Shown here: one piece after another, positions 53,192-64,000 of the stretch
How positions within the stretch are numbered: position 1 is the first letter of the stretch
Layout: each line of letters starts with the position of its first letter
Source of the DNA: Amoeboaphelidium protococcarum X5
Taxonomy: Eukaryota; Fungi; Aphelidiomycota
Assembly (NCBI GenBank): GCA_023515725.1
Contig: JALDTO010000156.1
Location: forward strand, 62,001-126,000
DNA length: 64,000 bases
Direction: 5' to 3'
Made by a program: the position numbers and the translations under genes
Notes under the pieces: generated by a model
The model's input: only the letters and a program-made list of their open reading frames with translations
Told to the model about the DNA's origin: nothing
Databases searched by the model: none

Positions 53192-53800
53192 TCAATGAAG
53201 TGATTCCTACTCAACAGCGTATTGAGGGTCAAGTAAAATACGTTCATTCTATTTGACAATCTTGATACGTCTATGTTTTACCAAGATCCAAGTGTGAACA
53301 TAGACACATACGGAGAGGAATGCCATATAGACGGACATCATTAAGCCGGCAGGAAGATCAACTTTGAAGAATTGACGCGTCGTTTCAGCCGATAATGCCC
53401 AAACGGCCAATTGCGTGATATAACTAGCTTTGAACCACGTTCTGGTGAAGAACAAATGCATCCACACGGCTCCCAGTAGCAATTAACTTAGATACATATT
53501 CAGTGCTCTATTCGTTTTCACCATCTGTCTTAGGAACTACAGAGAGAAGATTGATTTACCGACAAATTTTATTGTCTTGTGTGCCACTCGATAGCTTGAT
53601 ACTCCCATGAGACAATACATCACGATCCAAGTGAAACGCATTTATAATGATGTCAGCATTAGCTTAGGCTTTTTCAACTGGCGATACCATCCAGTCATAC
53701 CAGCTCGGTTCTAGCGTCCACTGTAATGAGAAGCAATTAGTGGAAACATAATGTATATTAAAGCTCTAGTAGCTTCAGATTTATTGACGTGAATGTTCAT
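53192..53800 (-). CDS. TSPO: TspO/MBR family translocator protein
   Basis: WYRQLKKP, WIVMYCLMGVSSYRV, ALNMYLSQLLLGAVWMHLFF, FKVDLPAGLMMSVY; 202 aa. Confidence 0.8.
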
Positions 53801-53945
53801 TGTTCTAATTAATGTGTAGGTAGGTAGACTCGGTTATTATTATTATTGAGACCGAGTGTTGTGACGAATAATTGAAATTTCAATCACAATCAATTCCCGC
53901 GAAACTGGAGCCAAGCGTTTGATCGATCAAGTCAACAACACGTCA

Positions 53946-54638
53946 ATGTTTAAAATTCGTAGACTGTCCAACATGTCGGAGTTAGTAACTTTAAATGATC
54001 CAGTCAGAATATTTAACAGCTGGTTTGACACGCATAAGAAGGGGTTTCCTAAGGAGTCAAAATATGCCTACAATGCCGCTCAATTGGCAACGTGCGGCGC
54101 CGATATGATGCCATCAGTGAGAACGGTACTCATCAATTGGACCAAGGAGACTGAAGATCGCGGTCTAGTACTTACAACGTTTTCATATTATTGCAGCAAC
54201 AAGGGAAAAGATATTGAAGAAAATAGTAACGTGGCTCTTTGTTTCTATTGGGGTGATAGACAAGTTAGAATACAGGGCACGGCTTAGAAGTGCTCAGATC
54301 AAGTAAATGACGATTACTTTTACTCACGCTCCTTGTCCAGTTAAATCAATGCTCATGCCAAAATGCAGTCTCTACCGCTAGAAGATCGCTCATAGTTTGA
54401 GGATAAAGTTTAAAGCTTGGAATAGAAGTTTGCTGGTGGATAGGTTCCACGTCCAGAGTATTGGGGAGGATATGATATCACGGCAACGTCTTTTGACTTT
54501 TGGGAGAAGGCTGGAAGATTGGATGATAGATTTCAGTTCATTTTAACAAAGAATAATGAGTGGTGTAAATAAAGATTATATCCATAAATAGAGATATTGA
54601 TTCATTTCACAATACATTACAATAAAAGTGCATAGTGA
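53946..54638 (+). CDS. PDX3: Pyridoxamine 5'-phosphate oxidase-like (PdxH/Pdx3), divergent
   Basis: DPVRIFNSWF, PSVRTVL, NKGKDIEEN.NVALCFYW, RQVRIQG, YFYSR, PRPEYWGGY, W..QRLYP. First in-frame TGA is 54636-54638, but the conserved end is at 54584. Confidence 0.85.
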
Positions 54639-54639
54639 A

Positions 54640-54655
54640 GGTGTTTAAAAACACC
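54640..54655 (-). promoter_or_regulatory. Histone 3' stem-loop (H3 copy 1)
   Basis: GGTGTT-TTTA-AACACC, 6-bp stem/4-nt loop, ~40 nt after the stop. Confidence 0.85.
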
Positions 54656-54695
54656 ATTTTACATTCAATAAATGAGATGAAAAGACTCAGAGAGT

Positions 54696-55821
<1,126 letters not shown>

Positions 55822-55856
55822 ATACTCTCACTGAGATGTTTCTATTATCGCACAAT

Positions 55857-55872
55857 GGTGTTTTTAAACACC
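55857..55872 (+). promoter_or_regulatory. Histone 3' stem-loop (H4 copy 1)
   Basis: GGTGTTTTTAAACACC, 35 nt after the stop. Confidence 0.85.
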
Positions 55873-55933
55873 TTCAAATGTTCAGCTCTATTAAGTGAGT
55901 TATTTTGAAAATTACATTTACTATTATATTATT

Positions 55934-56269
55934 TCAATTCTAGTTCATTCTCTCTACTACACCCCTGTTAATTAGATAGTCTTGGAATACAGCTATAAAT
56001 TTAACAGTCTCCACCATGACATCCCTCTTTGAGACGCTTTCGCCGCGCTCCACTTTTACTTGCAGTGATGGAATCAGCAACTTTAGCGTGTTCATGTGAT
56101 GTTTCAACTCTTCTTCACGCTTGCTTTCCTACACAGAGTAAAGTCGCAAGTTACGCATTTTGATTAATATACGATTAAATTAATCGCTTACCTTTGAAGC
56201 TCCCCTTCCTTTTACTGATTAAAGTGGAGCTTGTATACGATTGACTTCAGTTAAACTTAGGCTGCGCAT
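55934..56269 (-). CDS. Small HLH-domain protein (1 intron)
   Basis: After splicing GTAAGC..TGTAG: SKESKREEELKHHMNTLKLLIPSL...VSKRDVMVETVKFIAVFQ, a helix-loop-helix pattern with a weak basic region. Confidence 0.65.
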
Positions 56270-56361
56270 CTTAAGGATCTGCAAAGTGAAAGATAAGATG
56301 GATCACAGCCAAAAATAGCACAAAATCAAACGAAAGAAGTCACATTTCAGAATTTCCGTTG

Positions 56362-58435
56362 TCACTCACAATCCATGTGTTGGCAACCTTCTTCAGCCTC
56401 CATATCATCTTCGACTGGATTACGGTCATCCTGAGGCGCTACTAAGCTCGCGACAAAACTAGTAAGCTCTTCATACTATGAAGGTATCAGTGCTAATCGC
56501 GCATTCACACTTGATAATTATTCAGTACTCAGCTAAATAACTTTCCTGTCATTTAAATCTTTAAGCATCAATCCATCTTTTATGGTTAAGCTTTTCATAA
56601 TATCGTTAACAGTAGAGTTCAATTGAGTATCGTTGGATGTAATTTTTAAGAATTCCAAATATAGTGACTTGATTGCACTATTTACCGAGAGACTTCCACA
56701 CTACTCGAATACAGTTTACACATTGCTATCTAATAGATGGCTTTGATTATTAAGCAGCAGAACACGTAGAATCTGAGCCATGGTGTCATCCTCGATATTC
56801 GTAACACCATTAATGATTAAGACCAAGACTTCTTCATTGAAGGTTTAACGTGTCTATTCTTGCTCAAGTAAAGCGATACATACTTCAACAGTCAATTCTC
56901 TAATTTAAGAGGCAACGTTCTCAAGATTAGACTTGATCATAGAGAGTAAATTGGACTTTAACTACTCAAAATCGATACACTGCTACACCTGCTTATCATT
57001 AAGAAGATCTTTAATCACTATTAACGACTTTATACACGCACTTTCATCAAGCTAACCAGAAGAAGCAGCTGAAATCAGTCTTTTAAATAGACTCATACTA
57101 TGAACACCTTAAACCATTATAACTGATTAAGCAATATTGTAAAAGTTAATTGATGCTTCAGATTAACTAATACCGCCGCCAGCATCCCAAAAGCGGTCTA
57201 AAAAGTCACAGACAGGCTACTCTAGCTGTAATAGCAACTTTGGGATCTTTTAACAAATAGCCATTAACTGGGCTACTGAATGACAGTTAGAGCCGTCCAA
57301 GGCGCGTTATACTAGAGCTGTAAGCAAATGCTACATCAGCAGGTAAAGTCCATTATGGTTTAAAAAAACCTACATAGCAACTCCATCTGCGAACACACTC
57401 TACAGCACAGTTACAATATCCGCATCATTGCAAGAATCATCAGAGTTCTCAAATTACTCGAAATACTATAATAAAGTCTATGTGTCATTGCAATGAGGCA
57501 ATACAGCAGTCGCCAACCTAGTATTACGCCAATTACTAACAACATAATCGTGTGCCAAATCCCTCTAAAATCCACTCTAATAAAGACGTTAGATCACTCT
57601 GCAAGCGGTCAGCCAAACCATTCGATCACGTTGATTACTTAACTGTAGTAAATAGTGATAACAGACAAGATCCATGCAAGATTAAAGGACATCTGGAAGC
57701 ACCAGGGAAAACACTTTGACGCAGTCTAGAAGCTAATTCCAGGGACTGGAAGGCTATAGCTTCAGTAGTCTATCAAAGTTGTCTCTAAACATCTTCAACA
57801 ATAGATCTAGATAGAATGCAACATCATCATGTCCAGAATTGAAGAATTATGCTAACAAAATGATGCTCGTATGCGAGGCCTACATATTTAATGGTCGAAC
57901 TCAGCTTTATAATTAACGAATGATAAATATACCTAAAACTTGTCGCTGCAGCAGGTCAGAAATGCTCTATCTACCAATTTCATGGTAATGTGTGCCATAT
58001 CTTCTGTATAGAACGCGCAATCTGGCATCAAGTCTATAACAACTTCCTGATGAGTAACAGTGTATTCGTTAAATCCATCATACTCTACGCTCAGTTTGTC
58101 AACAAGTAATTGACCGACATCAATAGAACGCGTTTTGATATAAAGCTACTTGCATACTTGAACTCCGATGACATAAAATCGCTTGTCGGTACTTTGTAAC
58201 AGAGTCTACAAGAAATTGTTAAGTATAACGGTATCATGGCTAGATAAACGTTTACTTTCAAATGATCTAACACGCGTTCCATATCGGGATATGCTTCACG
58301 ATCTATAGCCAATTGCATCCATTGTGAAATCTTGTCCTGAGCAGAATCTTCTAGAGCAGTTACAGTGTTGGCATTTAGAGCACTCAGCTTCAGCAGAGCT
58401 TCTTCCAACGTTAACGTGTTTGACAAATCAGACAT
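56362..58435 (-). CDS. Hypothetical alpha-solenoid (HEAT/ARM-like) protein, 2 introns
   Basis: Long Leu-rich helical ORF restored by two GT..TGTAG introns (~58206-58255, ~57880-57931); ends ...QHMDCE*. Confidence 0.6.
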
Positions 58436-58517
58436 AGGAACTTTGAGATTAGTTGATGGATAAAGATTTCAATGAAGATAGAAAGGCGGCAAGCTTTAAA
58501 AATCATCAATTATATGT

Positions 58518-61364
58518 TCAAAATTCATACCACTTCTTTTCTGCCTATTATCGATTGTACTCCCTGGCTCTTGCAAGAAAATCCTCAGAACTAGTGGCAA
58601 GATTGGCAAATTTACTTTCTAGATTCTATAATCTCTCTCCGCGTTCATTTAAAGCGTTCTAAGCGTTAGCAAATGCATTGTCTCCACGTACTTGCGTCTC
58701 CGATTCGGGATCGATTGGTGGTAGCTCCTTATCACGTGTTTATCTACTTATTACAGAATCGTTGGTAAAGTTTGGAGGAAAATCTACAATGGCAAATTAC
58801 AATAATATAGCAGTGCCGGATATTAAAACTTACAGTGATCTATTAGAAGCTTGACTTGATCTGACCATTGAGAGTCATTGACCACATCATCTCCTTTGAA
58901 AGCTCTTTTCATAGTCTCCATTAAAGATGTCTTCTTATCCGGAACGACTCTATTAGGAAATGTAATCAAAGGATCGTGATATTAAGCGACAGGCTGGCTT
59001 CTTGATGCGAATGACGGAATAACTTGTAGAGCATCATACAGCGCAAAAAATCGACCATCCTTGCACGCCGACAACAAGCCATTAGATTGAAACTCAAATT
59101 CACATCCTCTACACATTGCTAGTATAATCACGCGATTTAAATCCCGTTAATCGAGTTGAATAATCTTACCTCAGCCGTTGATCTAGTTAGGAAACTACGG
59201 CAGACTATTAAATTTAAAGCTCCCAGCAAATCAGTCGAAGTTTATCGGTCAATATCAACAATACATCAAGATTATTAATATGATACACTCTAGCATGAGA
59301 GCATTACTCATTTTCGTGTAATTGAAGAGATTGTTCAAGGAGTAAATCGCCAGTTATAGAGTTACACAGTTAAAACTAGGTACAACTGATCAGTGCTAGT
59401 ACGGCAGTATTTTTATCCAGTGAACTTTTACTCTTCTTGCTCATAGACTTTTAATCAGGCTTGGAGTAATGCTGTAATATCTCACACGATTGCCATTAAT
59501 GTCCAGCATCAGCACTAATGATTACTTCACAAGTATAGCAATTATCAAGATCGTCACCTCTGCTAATCTTAAGAACAGATCCGTCAGAGCATGTGCATAT
59601 CACTATTATTGAACCAGTATCATTGGATTAACAACAGCTGGTTATGGACACGTTCTCAGACGGAAGTCTACCAACGTACAAAACTTCTAATGAAGTCAAA
59701 TAAATTAAACTTATCACAGCGTCATCACTTTAAGAAAAGAAGTGACCATCAATTAACCAACAGCGAGTGAGATTTTACTATCCTTCCATCTAGTGAACTT
59801 TTATAGCAATAACTGATTTGACTCCAAACGCATCAATTGTCGGTGATTCCACATTCACAATCTCAATCTGACTTTTAGATAAATTGACAGTCTGTAAAGC
59901 ATTAAGATCAAAGCAGTTGATCAAGAATATAGTTCCATCCTCATGTACAGATATGATCCCAGACCCAAAAGGATACAATTGTGTAAGTCGCCCGCTATCA
60001 GACAGCGTACATTTTAGACTCTGATTGAGCAATAGAGACCCAGATGCAGTATTCTCATACAAATAGCAACTAAGTATTCCTGACGCAGTTCCCAGACATA
60101 TTCGAACATTAAACACCTCAGAGGCATCAGCATCAATATCAACAGATGGTAAACTTGACGCGCTAATACATGAGCAAGTCACGTCTTGCGTATTTAAAAT
60201 CTATTGTAGACCAGATTAGTTCTGAAAGGACTCAAACTTAGCAGCATTAAAGTCAAATTGCAACAAATTCTCTGCTCGCGTAAGGGATATTAAAGCAGGC
60301 GGAGATTTTTCTAACGCGTAATTAGCACCGAGAGTAAAGAGGCCCACCGCACTTAAAGATTCAGTTAATTCAATGGTCTACTCCTTTCTAACCATTTTGA
60401 AGTCTTTATCAAATGTCTTTACCTTCAAAATCTGATTCTAACTCTATTAACAGACAGACCACATGATTAAAGAGTATCGGTCATCTGAATCAACAGGCAA
60501 CCACCATACGTTAGTCAGAATTTAATTTCCAGTACCATTAGAAGGAGCTACTACATCCGATTCCCATAATACAGAGTTGGCATTCCGAGATGAGATGATT
60601 CGAATGAGAGAATTGGAATACACGCAACAAAGGTAACGTCCGTCATTTGTCAAAGCACAGTCTACCAAGCTACAGTTCTCTTACTTGCAGATAAAAGTGC
60701 AAAGAGCAGCCTTTGAGTTTAAGTCAAAGGACACAATACCACCGTGGGAGTAGGCGACGAATATTATACTCGCAAAATGAGGATGACATAGAATCTTCAA
60801 AACTGACTCCGGCGTTTCCACCAAGCATGGCACTTGATAAACAGAACTAATAGAACCATTATCGCCATTCATGACCACGACACTTCCGCTCACAGTACCC
60901 AAGAGCACCAGCGGAGACTTTGGCGCCAGTTCAATGCACGTAATCTTGTCTGTAACATCACATTGTTCATAATCAGGTATCTGCTTTATCAAGTTCCAAC
61001 CAATCACTTCATTGTCAGTGTTGATGGATATGAGCAATCCTTGATTCTATTAGAATTTTAAAAACTTTATCGCAGATCCAGAAGATTGAGCATCGTTGGT
61101 GTATGCTGATAAGTAAGTGTAATCGCCATCCTTATTAATGAGTAGAATTTCACCTTTAAAAGTTCCTAAAGCCAGAACGTTCTAGCAGCAATCGTAATCA
61201 AAGCAGGTTATAGCTGATAGGAGACCCAATCTAAGCAGTTCCACAAGCTCAAATTGCCGAATGACGCTCAGATTCTCCTCTTAGATATTCACAGAGCCAT
61301 TTGAAGTCTTATGCTTATCCACTACCCCTGCAGCCAACTTCTTTAATTTCTTAACGATGCCCAT
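58518..61364 (-). CDS. Tomosyn/Sro7/Lgl-family WD40 protein with C-terminal R-SNARE motif (2 introns)
   Basis: GLLSAITCFDYD..QNVLALGT..GEI N-terminus, WD repeats, C-terminal ALNERGERLQNLESKF...KKWYEF*. Confidence 0.88.
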
Positions 61365-61499
61365 TGTTGCTCATGTATAAGGCAATGTTTAGAAATACTG
61401 AAACTAAAGAAAAGAATGTAAAGCTACAACCGTACAGTACTGTAAGATGAACAAGTAATATATTCAAATAAACTCACTTAATAGAGCTGTACATTTGAA

Positions 61500-61515
61500 G
61501 GTGTTTAAAAACACC
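61500..61515 (-). promoter_or_regulatory. Histone 3' stem-loop (H4 copy 2)
   Basis: Same 16-mer hairpin downstream of H4. Confidence 0.85.
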
Positions 61516-61549
61516 ATTGTGCGATAATGAAAAATCGTAGTGAGAGTTT

Positions 61550-62029
<480 letters not shown>

Positions 62030-62267
62030 TCAAGCCTCACGGAAAACACGACGGTGGCCGCGCTGTTTGAGGCTTCTGAAACGAAAAGTGGAACTGGCAC
62101 GGCTAAAACGCTCGCTTCGTCTGTTTGGAATGAACCACCACGGACGGAAAGTGTCTCAAGCGATAAAAGCCGCCCGTCGCCTCGTCCGTTTCTCTTCTCC
62201 TCTTTGCAGTTTTTGTTATTACAATAATCCTTTTACTTACTCGCACAAATCCTAAAGACATTTCAAG

Positions 62268-62675
<408 letters not shown>

Positions 62676-62715
62676 ACTCTTTGAGTCTTTTTATCTCATT
62701 TATTGAATGTAAAAT

Positions 62716-62731
62716 GGTGTTTTTAAACACC
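62716..62731 (+). promoter_or_regulatory. Histone 3' stem-loop (H3 copy 2)
   Basis: Same 16-mer hairpin. Confidence 0.85.
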
Positions 62732-62853
62732 TTCACTATGCACTATTATTGTAATGTATTGTGAAATGAAATATTATGTGCTCATTTGGACACTGTTCTA
62801 GAGTTATAGAACATGTTGTTAAAGCTGGGCACTAGAGTAAATGTCTTTATCTA

Positions 62854-62907
62854 TGACTCAGTCCGATAGTCAGTTTGTATATACAAACTGACTATCGGAC
62901 TGAGTCA
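62854..62907. repeat. Perfect 54-bp palindrome (no loop)
   Basis: TGACTCAGTCCGATAGTCAGTTTGTAT|ATACAAACTGACTATCGGACTGAGTCA. Confidence 0.98.
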
Positions 62908-63301
62908 GTCTACAAAAAAAATAACATTTACTCAATTTTATTTTTTCAAAAGCTCAATTAAAAATAAAAATAATCGCGGGTTTTTAAAATGTTAAGAATC
63001 TCAAAACCACCCTCCACCAACCAAAATTTTCATTCTTTAAAAATATAAAAAAACAAGTTTATAAAAAAAAAAAAAGAAGTAATAGTTTTGATTTTATACT
63101 ATATAATATTTTGGTTGGTTTGGTTGGTTTAGTTGGTTGTTAAAATATTAAAGTATTAAAGGAGAAAAAAGTTCCTACTACACCTTTCACTTCCGGGGAA
63201 ATGATTTTTAGTAGCCCCCAACCAAAAAAAAAACCTCCAAGTAAACCAACCAAACTTTTAAGGAGTAAAATACTACTACTACACCTTTCATTCACAGTAA
63301 T

Positions 63302-63332
63302 AAAAAAAGCCCCGCAGTAAATTTACTACGGG
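63302..63332 (-). terminator. Hairpin + U7 terminator/3'-end signal downstream of the helicase gene
   Basis: Minus-strand RNA CCCGUAGUA-AAUU-UACUGCGGG-GC-UUUUUUU; the stem is complete only on the minus strand (G-U wobble); ~40 nt after the stop. Confidence 0.6.
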
Positions 63333-63373
63333 TTTGTCATTGTGTTGAGGTTGGTGTGGGTTGTGTTATTGTG

Positions 63374-64000
63374 TCATTGTGTTTACTAAAATTGTATTTC
63401 TATAAGCCTCACTCCATTTGTTGTTCGTGTTATTTTGGTATTAATACCTTTTACTTTGCTCATCTTTCTAAAAAACCAACCACGTTCTTCAACTTTGTAT
63501 TTCAAATTGTAAGTTTTGATATATGACTCGTAAAAATCGTAAAGTTGTGCCTTGGTCATTTTCAATGTCTGGTTTTAATTGTCCATTGAACTAATCAAAT
63601 CTTATCTTTACTTCTCGTCAATTTAATCTCCATACATACAGCTATTCAACATCTCTACAAATTCCGTCTTGAGACTATGAAAAAACTTTGATACACTTGT
63701 GCTTTCAATCTAAACTTCTTCCTTTTCAGTAGTATTAAAACACTGTCTTGGATTAAAACTTGTTGTGTCATAATTGTATAGATAACTAAACACTTTTTAT
63801 TAGTAGTCTTCAGCTTGTATCTTTTCAATCCTTTCACTAAGTTATTCTTTTGTTAAAATTTGGTCAACCTTAAACACATTAAAACGTCTATCGCTTTGTT
63901 CGATTCTAACAGGCAAGTATTCGTTACTAGTAATTACAAAGTTATTCAGATTATTGGTTCTAAATATCTGTTTACCTTTACTTTCAATACTCATACGTGG
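63374..64000 (-). CDS. D5-like/NrS-1-type SF3 primase-helicase, C-terminal part (5' truncated by window)
   Basis: 208 codons without TGA: SIESKGKQIFRTNNLNNFVITSNEYLPVRIEQSDRRFNVF (motif B', sensor-1 TSN, Arg finger DRRF), YLYNYDTTSFNP, winged-helix-like LYDFYESY; 10 in-frame TAA/TAG. Confidence 0.82.

Larger units (their letters stand above)
62854..64000 (-). mobile_element. Terminus of a putative endogenous virus-like DNA element (Polinton-like virus/virophage/linear-plasmid type)
   Basis: Palindrome, then an abrupt shift to very AT-rich homopolymer/CCAA-repeat DNA, a terminator-like hairpin and a D5-like helicase ORF; continues beyond the window. Confidence 0.7.

Noticed and set aside
56362-58435. 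Rif1 assignment for the HEAT-like protein
   Set aside because: Only general helical-repeat character; no SILK/RVxF motifs seen.
62908-64000. Bacterial/phage contamination or organellar DNA as the source of the AT-rich end
   Set aside because: The helicase frame needs TAA/TAG as sense and ends in TGA, matching the host nuclear code. A chimeric join still needs read-level exclusion.

Overview
Gene-dense eukaryotic genomic DNA from an early-diverging holomycotan (fungus-related) organism that uses a non-standard nuclear code: TAA/TAG = Gln and TGA is the only stop (translation table 6). This is seen directly at invariant Gln positions, e.g. histone H3 MARTK[TAG]TARKS, EB1 MGESR[TAG]ELL and the Ulp1 oxyanion Gln (TAA). 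It explains why the supplied ORF track is fragmented. Fungal-type genes plus this code suggest an aphelid such as Amoeboaphelidium (inference from the known code reassignment in A. protococcarum). Re-translating by eye with table 6 gives about 36 protein-coding genes with few, short introns; all 16 introns I could place end in TGTAG. The window also holds a decayed gag/integrase transposon relic and an inverted duplication of an H3-H4 pair. All four histone genes carry a histone 3' stem-loop, and both H3 copies lack one Ala before K27. At the right edge lies the terminus of an apparent integrated virus-like DNA element: a perfect 54-bp palindrome, an AT-rich repeat-bearing terminal region, a hairpin+U7 terminator-like signal and a host-code-adapted D5-like SF3 primase-helicase gene running off the window. 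All coordinates and translations were derived manually; no database searches were run.
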